NCBI RefSeq assembly: GCF_004010195.1
Contig: NC_057728.1
Coordinates: forward strand, 53,278,174-53,342,173
Source: Chiloscyllium plagiosum
Lineage: Eukaryota
Direction of reading: 5' to 3'
DNA: 64,000 bases
The position numbers and the translations under genes were made by a program. The notes below the pieces were generated by a model. It was not told where the DNA came from. It worked only from the letters and a program-made list of their open reading frames with translations, and did no database searches. Below are positions 25,086 to 36,938 of the stretch, piece after piece (position 1 is the first letter of the stretch; each line of letters opens with the position of its first letter).

Positions 25086-26446
25086 GGACTTCCGACAATG
25101 GGATCTTGGCTGAGCTGTGCATGAGTGGTTCTGGAACATGAAAGAGTAAGGGATGATCTGATTGTTTGAGACAATTAAACCTGTTGATGGGGTAGATAGA
25201 AGTTATTTCCTCTAGTGGGGGTGGGGATGGGGTGAAATCTAGAATAGGGGGACAGTACCTTAAAATCAGAGCAAAGATGTTTAAGGATGATGTCAGAAAA
25301 TTGGTCTAAAATTATCTTGAAATCTCAAACTTTTCCTCACTAACAATTGAAATGTTTAAGGCTTAGATAGATGAATCTTTGTTGACCTTAAGGGTTCTAA
25401 AACCAAGGCAGGTCAATGGAGATCAGCTGCAGATCAGCCAAGATCCAATTGAATGGCTTCCTCCTATTCCTTCACAGGACCCTTTCAAAGTCAATTAATC
25501 TCTAGACCAATGCCCCTTCTTTACCGTTAGATTAGAAATTCAGTAATGTCATAATTGACTCAACTGGAGACTAGCACTAACATTGGATATTACATATTGA
25601 TGGACAGTCATTTTTACGTCAAGGTGACTGGGTAGAAGCTGAGAGGTTTGAGGAATCTAGAACACGAATGGACAGTCTTAGGGCAAGACACCAAGGATTG
25701 AATCATTCAAAGGGTTGTGAATCTCTGGAATTCTCTACCCCAGAGTGTTGCCGATGTTCTATCACTGAAGATGTTTAAGGTTAGGATAGACATTAGGGAA
25801 TGTGGGATGTGGGTGGGAGAGTGCAGTTGAAATTAAGCCAGGCCCATGTTGAATGGTGAACTGGGCTAAGTGGGCTGAATGGCCTTCTCCTGTTCCAATT
25901 TTTTTGTGAAACAAAAATTGAAATTACTGGAAAAGCTCAGCAGGTCTGGTAGCATTTGTCGAGAGAAATCAGGACAATTCTTTTGTGCTCGTGTTTTAAC
26001 TTTAAACAAAATTAAATCTTTAACATTCAGCCAGGATCTCAAATTTAAGTCCTGAACTTCCACCAGGATTTCTGATAGTCTCCTGCTGTCACTTGGGCTA
26101 ATATCGCCACTGTCCTCAAGACAGATGTTGATCTGCCATCAGAGTTCCACTGAGAGATTACAGATCAACACCTCCTGTGAATTTCAGAGCTCATTTCCTA
26201 TTACAGAAACAGAGAATCAGCCAGTCAAATATTGCTGGGAAGTAATGGCTCACATTCTCAAGGATGACATTTTGTGCATGAGTTTGACAACTCCCAGAAA
26301 TATTTCCCCAACATCTATTTGAAAAATGATTAAAGTGGACTTCTGTTTTGCCACCATTCTAGCTTCATGTTGTATTTCCATATGAGCACACAAATTAGAA
26401 GCAGGAGGTCATTCGGTCTCTCAAACCTATTATGGAATAGAAACAT

Positions 26447-26737
26447 ATCACAGAATCCCTACACTGTGGCAACAGGCCATTTGGCCCATCAAGTCCACAC
26501 CAACCCTCTGAAAAGTATTTCTATTCAGACCCACCTCCCAACTGTACCCCTGCAATTCTGCATTTCCCACGGCCAATCCACCTAGCCTGCACGACTTTGA
26601 ACTATATGAGGAAACTCTATGCAGACACAGGGAAAATATGCCAAACTGCACACAGACAGTCACCCAAGGGTGGAATCAAACCTGGGTCCTTCATGCCGTG
26701 AGGCAGCAGTACTAATCACTGAGCCACTATGTCACCC
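26447..26737 (-). mobile_element. HE1/V-SINE
   Basis: Head, core and tail as in the other copies. Confidence 0.8.
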
Positions 26738-28979
26738 ATATTCCAGCATTGAATTAGATCATGCTGATCTGATTAATCCATATTCCTGTTGATCCCTCAC
26801 CCTTGTTTATAAACAATCAATCTACCTCTGCTGTAAAAATACTGAAAGATTCCGTTTTCAGTGCCTTTAGATGAACAGAATTCCAAAGATTTGCAATCCT
26901 CTGTGAAAAAGGCATTTCCCCTCATCTCTGTGTTAAATGGGTGAACCCTTATTTTTAATGAGCGACCCCAATTTGAGATTCTCTCACAAGACGAAACATC
27001 CTTTCTCCATTCAAGACTCCGTGCAAGACTCCGTGCAGGCAAGGACAGCTGGATTTTAACCAGATGTTTGTAGCCAAGAATAAATGGAAACAACAGTCAG
27101 GCAGTCTGGTGGAATACTAGTAAAGGAAGGATGGGGTGGAGTTCAATCAAAGATTTGGCATGTTGGGGTTTATGTGGATCAGGCAAGCAATTTGTCATAT
27201 CTTAAGAATTAAGCAGAAAAACAGAACATAGAATAACATCAAATACCAGAAATTCAATATGGTGTTTTTCTTCTTGTCTGCCATCTGACTTTGCTAATGT
27301 TAGCTTGCAGCTAGACTCCTAACAGATTTAAAACACCAAAATTTAATGCATAGTCTGTATAATTTAAAATGATAAAGGGAGCTTTCAATCTTTGCATCCA
27401 CATGATTAGCTCCACCTGGATTTTTAATTGGTCATGGACATGTCAATATTATCCTGACTGGCGGAAGGCTAGATCTATCCATAACAAATATCACTATCTT
27501 ATTCTCTGACCGTGGCTTCTCATTTTCCAGGCAGCAGCCAATGATACTCAATGATCACCCACTAGTAACTGGGGTAGCTCTTACCAATTATCTTACAACA
27601 AAGTCCTGAGAGTCAGCACAACCTATCAAGGGAGGTCAGGTCGCTCTTTCAAAATGGCTAACGTAGGCGTTACAACTCTCTAGTATTGTTGGGCAGCAGA
27701 GAGTTCAGGAAAGCAAAACATTTCATTTACCTTTCAAAATCCCACAGCAGCTTCACAGCCAGTGATGCCTTTGTAAAATTTGTTTTTATTTGTTTTGTTC
27801 ACGGGATGCAGGCATCACTGGTTCAGCCAAGTTTTATTGCCTACTTATAACTGCCCTGGCAAAGGTGTTGGTGGGTTGTCTTCTTGAAATCCATATAATG
27901 TGGAGATGCCAGTGTTGGATTGGGGTGGACAAAGTCAGAAGTCTCATGACACTAGTTTATACTCCAAAAGGTTTATTTGAAATCACAAGCTTTCAGAGCA
28001 CTGCTCCTTTGTCAGGTGACTTCACCATGACTCCACCCCATCTGCCAGACTGCCTGGCTGTTGTTTCCACTTATTCTTGGCTACAAACATCTGTTTAAAA
28101 TCCAGCTGTCCTTGCCTGCACGGAGTCTTGCCATGATGAATGGGGAAAGGATGTTTCCTCTTGTGAGAGAATCTCAAACTAGGGTCGCTGGTTAAAAATA
28201 AGGGCTCACCCATTTAACACAGATATAAGGGGAAATTCCTTTTCTTACAGAGGGTTTAAATCTTTGGAAATCTGTTCATCTAAAGGAGCTGAAAACAGAG
28301 TCTTTCAGTATTTTCAAGGCAGCAGTAGATCGATTGTTTGACATCTGAAAGTTATATGGTATAGGGATGTATGCAATGCTGTTAGGGAGGTAATTCCAGG
28401 ATTTTGGCCCAGCAACACTGAAAAACAGTGATATATTTCTAACGGAGGATAGCGTGTGGCTTGGAGAGGAACTCGATGGTGGTTGTGGTCTTGTCCTTCT
28501 AGGTGGTAGTGCTCGTAGGTTTAGGAGGTGCTGTCAAATATCCTTGAAATGTAGTCTCAGTTATTTACTGAACATTATCTGACCATGACAGTGTATATTT
28601 AACTTATTATCACTGAACGTTGTGGGTTAGCTTTCTATTTAATACAGGAAATTAAATAACTTTGGATAAACGTGTAATAAATCCACACATTTTTATGCAG
28701 CAAGCTGTGATCGAGTAAGATAGTTGGACCACATTCGATAGTATGTTTCAAAAACAAACTGGACAGATATTTGAAAGAAAAAGAAATATCAAGGCAGAGG
28801 AATGAGACTAGTTGGATAACAATGTCAAACAATGTTTTATAAAGGTGGAGTTTGCTTTGTATGCATTAATGACAGACTTTATTAAAATTTATACTTGAGA
28901 TATTCAGTTGGTTGGGTTTCCTTCAAGGTGAGCTGTAATTCAACATAGAGCACTTGAAGTTTTGTTTCAGAAGGTTTTG

Positions 28980-29230
28980 GGTGGCAAGGTGGGTCAGTGA
29001 TTAACATTGTTGCCTCACAGCACCAGGACCCAGGCTTGAATCCAGTCTTGGGTGACTGTTTGTGTTGGCTTCCTCTGATGATCCAATGTTGTGCAGGCTA
29101 AGGTGGATTGGCCATGGGAAATCCAGGGTTACAAGCATAGGGTAGGGGGCTGGGTTTAGACAGGAAACTCTTTGGATGGTCAGTGTGGACCCGATGGGCT
29201 GAATGGCCTGCTTCTATGGTTGAGGATTCA
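28980..29230 (+). mobile_element. HE1/V-SINE (diverged)
   Basis: gtggcaaggtgggtcagtgattaac head; gatgggctgaatggcct tail. Confidence 0.75.
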
Positions 29231-29414
29231 AGGCCCATCCTAAAGAGACTTGAGCTTCCCCATACTTTAGGAAGGATATTAATCCTTTGGAGAGAGCCCT
29301 GAATGGGTTTACAGGAATGGCTTCAGGGATGGGACATTTCAGCGATGAGATTAGGTTGGAAAGGTTGGGACTGTACTCCATGAAAAAGGTGAAAGCTGAG
29401 GGAAGATATGGTAA

Positions 29415-30095
29415 AACAAAGAATTAAGGGTGCTGGAGATCTGAAGCTAAAAAAAAGGATGCTGGTGAAACTCAGCAGATCTGGCAGCATCTATAGGAAG
29501 AAAGCAGAGTTTCGAGTTCAGTGACTCTTCATCAGAACTATTAGCAGCTAGGACAAGAATGGGGAGGAGAGAGATGAGTGGACAGGGGGAGATGGAACCC
29601 AGAGAGCAAGAGATATGAAGGGCTTGGTAAACGAGGAGATTATAGATAGCAGGCCAGGACAGAAGAAGAGCTAAGAGGAGGAGAGTAATGATTGAGATGT
29701 TCTGAAAGCAACTCATGTAACGGGATAAAACAGAAAGAACTATGGATGCTGTAAAACAGAAATTCATAGAGGCTGCCATACCTGCTGAGCTTAACCAGCA
29801 ATTTTTGTTTTTGTTTTCTATCGTGTGATATGAGGCCTAGGAGTAGGTCAGAATGGGTGATAATGCTAAAAGCAACCCATGTCATAATAGGACTGGGTGT
29901 GGGGTGAGTAAAAAATACATGGAAGGCTCTAAAGTTATTGAACTGGATGTTGAGTCCTGAAGGCGGCAGGGTCCCCAAGCAGAAAGTGAGATGTTGTTCT
30001 TCAAGCTTGTGCTGAGGCTCATTGGATCACTACAGCAAGCCTGCCGCAGAAATGGTGGCCAAGGAACACGGTGGGGTGTTGAAATAGCAGGCAAC
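29415..30095 (-). mobile_element. Penelope-like 3' fragment with pLTR
   Basis: GTLPPSGLNIQFNNFR is a GIY-YIG C-terminus. CTGATGA-agagtcactgaactc-GAAAC at about 29508-29535(-). Confidence 0.75.
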
Positions 30096-30281
30096 TTGGT
30101 TTGAAGGATGTTTTCAACATCACAAAGGCTCTAGACAGAGCAAGTAGGGAGAAAATGTTCCCACTTATGAAAGAATCAAGAACCAGGGGGCGCAGTGTTA
30201 TAAAGAAGCAAATGTAAGGCGAGAAAACCTTTCACGTACCATCTAGTAAGGATATGGAACGCCCTGCCTGGAAATGTGGTG

Positions 30282-30503
30282 GAGCTGAAAATGTGTTGCT
30301 GGAAAAGCGCAGCAGGTCTGGCAGCATCCAAGGAACAGGAGAATTGACGTTTCGGGCATGAGCCCTTCTTCAGGAATCCTGAAGAAGGGCTCATGCCCGA
30401 AACGTCAATTCTCCTGTTCCTTGGATGCTGCCAGACCTGCTGCGCTTTTCCAGCAACACATTTTCAGCTCTGATCTCCAGCATCTGCAGTCCTCACTTTC
30501 TCC
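30282..30503. mobile_element. Fold-back hammerhead-bearing mini-element (perfect 94-bp arms) inserted in a CR1 3' fragment
   Basis: 30282-30375 is the exact reverse complement of 30377-30470. cctggaaatgtggtggag is duplicated at 30267-30284 and 30502-30519. Confidence 0.9.
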
Positions 30504-30689
30504 TGGAAATGTGGTGGAGGCAGGTTTGCAAGAGGGCATTAGATACTTGTTTAAATAGAAACATTTTTGCAAAGTTATGGGGAAAAGGCATTACTTTGGC
30601 ATTAAGTCTGAATGCTCAGAGAACCAGTGCAGGCACAATGGGCTGAAGAGCTCCTTTAACAACCTAACAATTCCGTGATATTGTATACA

Positions 30690-31910
30690 CTCTGCTACTG
30701 TGCAGAATGTTCAGCAGCATTTACAACTCCTCAGATACTGAAGCAGTCCATATTTAAATAAAACAGGACCTAGACAATATCCAGGTTTCAGCTGACAAGT
30801 GGCAAGTAACATTCTCGCCACACACATGCCAGGTAATGACCATTGCCAACAAGAGAGAATCTAACCATCGCCCCTTGATATTCAATGGCATTACCATTGC
30901 CAAATTCTCCACTATCAACATACTGGGGTTTACAATTGATCAATAAGTGAACTGGACTAGCCATATAAACACTACAACAGCAAGCTAGGAATCCTATAGT
31001 GACTAACTCATCTCCTGACTCCCCAAAGCCTAATCACCATTTACAAGGCACAAGTCAGGAATGTGATGGAATACCTTCCACTTGCCTGATTGTGTGGAAC
31101 TCAAGAGGTTTGACACTATCCAGGATTAAGCTGCTCACTTGACTGGCATCCATAAACCTTCACTCCCTCCATCACTGATACTGGGTATCATCTACGAGAT
31201 GCACTGCAGAAATTCATCAGTACCATCCTGAAGAACAAGGGCATCTGATTGAGTCATAGAACATATAGCACAGTCCTGTTGGTTCAACTTGTCTGCACTG
31301 ACCAGACATCCCAATCTGAACTAGTCTCTTTTGTCAGTATTTGGTCTTTCTTTTTCATATACCTATCCAGATGCCTTTTAAATGTTGTATTTATACCCAC
31401 CTCCACCACTTCCTCTGGCAGCTTGTTTCATACATGCACCACCCTCTGTGTGAAAGTTACCCCTCAGCTTCTTTTTAAATTGTTCACCTTTCACCTTAAA
31501 CTTATGCCGTCTAGTTTTGGACTCCCCCACCTTAGGGAAAAGACCTTAACTATTCACCCCATCCATGCCCCTCATGATTTTATAAACCTCGATAAGGTAA
31601 CCCTTCAGTCTTCAACCCTTCAGGGAAAAATGATTCAAATCTTTCAATCCCTACAATAGCCTTGTAAATCATTTCCGCACCCTCTCATGTTTAACAACAT
31701 GTGAATATCACTATGTTTAAGTTCTCCTCCAATCCACACACCATCCTGACTTGGAAATACATTGCTGTTCCTTCAGTGTTGTTGGGTTAAAATCCTGGAT
31801 CTCCCTTGCCAATGCCATTTTGTGTCTACCTACACTTAACAGATTGTCGCAGGGCACCTCGGGTGGGCCATAAAGGCTGGCAGAATCAGAGATGCCTTCA
31901 TCCCATGAAT
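30690..31910 (+). mobile_element. LINE fragment (same family as 180-1010) with a nested CR1 fragment (about 31250-31700, -)
   Basis: Collinear similarity to 180-1010 on both sides of the CR1 piece. Confidence 0.75.
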
Positions 31911-33181
31911 GAAAAGCAAAATGAGATGGCTATAAAAGATCTCATCACACTATCAAAGGAATAGTTACCCCTCAACCTGTATACATCTAGGCAATTGGAG
32001 AGTATTCCATCACATTCCTAATTTTATCACCACAGAATTCACAGCCTCTGACCTACATTTTGAGTAAAAGTATCATGCCTGGCCTAGTGAAGATGAATTT
32101 AAATTCAGAGAGCAATGCATTGATGCCAGAAATATAAAATCCCCTTACAGATGTCATCCAATTTTTTTGATCAAATCCTTGAAGACTTTCACTCACGTTT
32201 CAAAACATAGCGGCAACAACTTGAGTATTTGCAATATTCTGTCAGTATGACTTATTTGGTTTGAGAGAAATAGCCAGGATATGGAGTGAGGCAATGTCTG
32301 ATCCTGAAATTCCTTCTGTTCATAAACAGTATTGACTGAAAAGTAACTGAGGCTATCTGCATGTGACTAGACCTACTCCAGTTTTAGAATAATGCACCAG
32401 ACTAATGACTATTTGAAAAAAACTTACATATGATTAGGAGTTCTGATTGAAGGTGCTTAAATAGATACTCACTGATTCAGTGATGGTTTTAAATGTTATA
32501 CTTTCTTCTTAATTATGTGTCCCATTTCACAAACATCATCTTTCAAAATAACACTTCTTCTGCATTAATCAGAAGCTTGCATGTTGAAAGAATTATGTCA
32601 GTTCACTTGAGACAGTAACTAGATATATTGCCCATTATTATATTTGGAACTCATTGTTATTACCATTGAAGGAAAATATTCCTATCTATAAACAGGATTC
32701 AAGTGATGCCTGAGGGGGATTATTCTATTGTGGGCAAATAAGTCATTGTGACCCGCCCTGTGGCAAATTCCCTAATTTATGTCCACTTCCCTCACAAAAC
32801 ATTCTGGGCAGATTCTCAGCATCGGCGTTCCCATCACAGAGTCACATCCATCTCCAGCAGAAAATTGCCTTTCTGCGGAACATGGTGCACTCACATATTA
32901 ATAACCGTTGTGGTGTCTGAGGAGCCAGCAGCACCCTCCACCTGCTGAATGCCAGAGCAGGTCTTCAGCCAGTGGTTTGTATAAAAGTCACCATAGCCCC
33001 TGAGAACCACTGAGCTGCTCTCTCATTAGACAAATTAGGCCAGTAGTGAGTTTAACCTGACGGTCACCTCAGATGAGGGCAAGGTCAAGAAGCCTGGGCC
33101 TTCATGGTGACCTCAGCCGATACAGAAATTGAACCCATGCTGTTGACATCACTGTATATCACAGGCCGGCCATCCAGCCAA

Positions 33182-33276
33182 CCTCTCCTCGGATGCTGTC
33201 TGACCTGCTGTACTTTTCCAGCACCACGCTAATCTTGACTCTGACCTCCCGCATCTGCAGTACTCATTTTCGCCTG
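33182..33276 (+). mobile_element. Truncated copy of the mini-element inserted into a tRNA-SINE
   Basis: ggatgctg...gcatctgcagtactcattttcgcc; TSD atccagccaa at 33172-33181 and 33277-33286. Confidence 0.75.
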
Positions 33277-34081
33277 ATCCAGCCAATTGAGCTAACCAAT
33301 AGAAGTTGACCTAGCAGCTTGTTAGTTCAAATTGCATTCTAGAGACTGGAGGGCAGATGTTGAGGCTCATGCTCTTCAGCAGAATGGGGGATTGTCTTAC
33401 TCGCTTTCAGGTGAGATGTTGAACTGAGTTTCCTTAGCTTTCTCTCATGGGTACTCCCAAGGCAATCTTCAATGAAGAGTGGAGTGTCGGGCCATTGGTT
33501 ATCCTTCAAGAAATATCAACTTTATTATCTTATGATTTGTGGGAGTTTGCTGGAAACAGACTGGACCATCCCTTCATGAGTACTTCATTTGTAGAATAAT
33601 TTGAGTGACCTGAGGTGGACTGACAAAGGAGCAGCGCACTGAAAGCTTGTGATTTCAAATAAACCTGTCAGACTATAACCTGGTGTCGTGTGACTTCTGA
33701 CTTTGTCCACCCCAGTCCAACACCTCTACATCAGAATTGGGGAAGAAAGGTCTCCATTGATGGATGGCAAAGCTTTGACTCATTTACATGCAAGTTCCCA
33801 GGACAATAGGATAGCACGTAGAAGCACGCATCAAAGAGAAGGTTAATCAAATACATGAGAGAGATAGGAAGAGAAGGACATGTTGATGGGGTTAGATAAT
33901 GTAGGTTGGAGGAGACTTGCATGGAGCATAGACACCAGGCTTGTGTGGAGCGTAAACAGCAGCATGGACTAGTTGGGCTGAATGGCCTGCTGTGTGCTGG
34001 GAATTCTATTGAATCCTATATGTTGTAACCAATGTGTCCTCTTGTTTCCTCCTAGGTTGTCACTGTGCTACTTGTGCAACC

Positions 34082-34265
34082 ATGCGTGTGTTCATCTTGC
34101 TGGCATTCCTGATTGCAGCCTCCTGGGCTAAGCCATTTCATCAGACACAGTTCCTTGACTTTATGCTGGAGGATGAAGGATCCGGTTTATTCCCTGATAA
34201 TGAAATGCCTATGTGCCCATTTGGGTGCCAGTGCCACCTCCGAGTGGTGCAGTGTTCTGACTTAG
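34082..34265 (+). CDS. DCN: Decorin, first coding exon (signal peptide, propeptide, GAG site, N-terminal Cys cluster); exon 34056-34265
   Basis: Polypyrimidine acceptor cttgtttcctcctag ends at 34055; Kozak-like aaccATG at 34082. Translation is [61 protein letters not shown](G). It has the class I SLRP CX3CXCX6C motif and the decorin-type FMLE|DExSG propeptide junction. Donor G|gtaag at 34265/34266, phase 1. Confidence 0.95.
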
Positions 34266-34488
34266 GTAAGCTATTGTCATCTCAAATTGCTTCACTTGTG
34301 GGACTGGGCATTGTCTGTAGGAACAATGCGTGTCTTTACATTGGAAAAAACCATATCAAATTCTCATCCCTATTTCCATGTCTCTATGATAACTTCCTCT
34401 ACTCCTCCAGGATTGCTTCACGCCTCTTATTTTGGCCTTGTGATCTTTAATTGCTCCACCATTGGTGACTGCAACTTCAGTTGTTTGG

Positions 34489-34708
34489 GGTGGAGAGTGT
34501 GGTGCTGGAAAAGCACAGCAGGCCAGGCAGCATCCGAGGAGCAGGAGAATCGATGTTTCAGACATAAGCCCTTCAGGAAATTCCTGATGTAAGGGCTTAT
34601 GCCCGAAACGTCGATTCTCCTGCCCCTTGAATACTGCCTGACTGCTGTACTTTTCCAGCACCACACTCTTGACTCTGATCTCCAGCATCTGCAATCCTCA
34701 CTTTCTCC
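34489..34708. mobile_element. Fold-back hammerhead-bearing mini-element (diverged arms)
   Basis: Inverted arms around about 34578; probable TSD cttcag(t/a)tgttt at 34475-34486 and 34708-34719. Confidence 0.8.
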
Positions 34709-36772
34709 TTCAGATGTTTTAGCCCTAAGCTGTGAAATGCCTTCGCAACCTCTCCGCCTCTTGTATCCTTTCTGCAAAATCTACTTACTGGACGAGGATT
34801 TCAATCATTTGTCCCGATAACTCCTTAAACACGGCTTTTCTTGTTAACGCTCCTGACAAGTTCCTTGTGATGATTGATTGCCTTTTCGTGTTGCAGCCTG
34901 CGCTTGTTTGGAATGATGGATGGTTCTGATAGAATGAATTAGCAGAAACTATTCCAATGGCAGGAGGGTTCCATAACCACTGTCAATCTAATGACCACTG
35001 CTATCGCTGGAATACTCTCCCACCGAGTTCTGCCTGTCCAGCTTCTATCTTTCAAAGTGATCCCTGAACTGAGCCTATTAGCCTTTCTGCAATTTAAAGG
35101 TGGAGAATAGATATCCCCTCCCCTCTGTTTCACTGTATGCTCGTTGGAAACTGATTAAAAATTTTAGGCAAGAGATGTGTGACAGGTTGCGGGGTGGGGG
35201 TGGTGCAGGGGGGAAGGGAGCAGCAAATGTTTCTCTTTTGCAGTGAGTGGTCATGCCCTGAGCTTTACTGCCCTGGGGAAGCACTGAACGAAGAGATGAT
35301 AAAACACAGACAAGTTGAGGGCGAACACCCTTCCTTGGCCTGTCAGCACATAAGTAGCAAAATGTCCAGGTCTTTTAACAAGCGGATTGGTACGGTCTAG
35401 ACGGGGAGCTGGATTAGGTGCTGGAGTTTGCTATACTCAGTACACTCATTGCTGTTCTATTACCTTAGGATGCTGCAGCATCCATTCTGATGGGTGTCAT
35501 CCAACAGAGGTGGGCTATCAGTGAGTCAATGTCCTCGTCAGGCATCAGAGATTTCTTCAGGTTGGGAGTCTCTGGTTCAGCATAGGTGTCCTTATTTGAT
35601 TTCCCTCGGTTTCATAGAATCATAAAATGCCACGGGTGCATTGAGTCCACACTGACCCTCCAAAGAGTTTCCCACCCAGACCCACAACCCTACCCAATCC
35701 CTATAACCCTACATTTCCCATGGCCAATCCATCTAACCTGCACATCTTTGTTTATTCAGATCTTCAACAGCCTTGACAAGGCGAATGTGGAAAGGCTGTT
35801 TCCTCTTGTGGCTGTCCCAGGACATAGGGGTCGGTGTTTTAAAATTAGGGGATCACCCTTTCAGGACAGAGATAAAGAGATGCTTTTCTCTGAGGGGTTT
35901 GTGACTTTGAGACTCTCTCCCTAAGAAGGTGCTGAAGATGGGATCCTTAAATAGTTTTAAGATCATGATAGATAAGGTCCTTGTTAGGCAAAAGAGTAAA
36001 CAATGATTGGGGTAGATAGAAATGAGGAATTTGAAACACAAGTGGGTCAGCCATGATCCTATTGATTGGCAGAGCAGGTGGAGGGGCTCAATAGCTCACT
36101 CCTGCTCCTATTTGCAATTATGAATCCCATAGGAACGTGATATGTATTATTTACTTGAGGGTTCATAACCAGGGGATATCATTTGAAGATCGTAAGCAGA
36201 AGAAACAGAGGGGAAATTAGGAGTTGTTTTAACACTATTTGCTGTTAACACCTGGAATGCTCTTATTATTATATAACAGTGAATTGTAAATCTGGCTTAA
36301 TGTTATCGACTGTAATTCCAGATTTCTCTTTTCCCTTTCCCTTTTCCATTGGGGTGTACACATTGGCCTGTCAGCAAATCTCTAGCCAGTGGAATATACA
36401 GGAACAGCTGGGGCAGCATCTCAATGAATTTGGCTGAGAGACAGGACAGAGAGAGTGATGGTGAATAGTTTGTCTTATTCTGCTGAAATGTACTCCCAGC
36501 GATCAGTGTTGTCCTGATTTGTCACAGTGCCGTTCAGTTCGGTGTGTAGCTCTTAGAATTTCAAGATTTACAGATGAGACAAAACTAGGAAGCATTGTGA
36601 ACTGTGAGGAGACCACAGATAGACTTCAGAAGGACATTGAATGGCTCATGAAAAAATTATACAGATGAAATTTATTGTAGAGGAGTGTGATGTGATCATT
36701 TCGGGGGAAGAAACAAGGGGAAGCAGTATAACATGAAGTGTAGAATTCGAAAGGAGACACAGGAGTAGATGA

Positions 36773-36938
36773 GGCGGCATCTGTGGAGCAGGAGAATGGA
36801 CGATTTAGGCAAGAGCCCTCCAGAGCTCTTGCATGAAACATAGATTTTACTGCGCCTCAGATGCTGCCTGACCTGCTGTGCTCTTCCAGCAACACACTCT
36901 TGACTCTGATCTGCAGCATCTGCAGTCCTCACTTTCTC
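36773..36938. mobile_element. Old fold-back mini-element copy in a CR1 remnant
   Basis: Degenerate arms; probable TSD cacaggagtagatga (36758-36772) / cacaagagcagatga (36939-36953). Confidence 0.65.

Noticed and set aside
30176..30558. Near-identical ORFs on opposite strands
   Set aside because: An artefact of the palindrome; no coding evidence.
34034..34450. 138-aa single-exon ORF as the full decorin product
   Set aside because: It starts in intronic sequence at a non-ATG codon and reads through the donor at 34266. Only 34082-34265 is coding.
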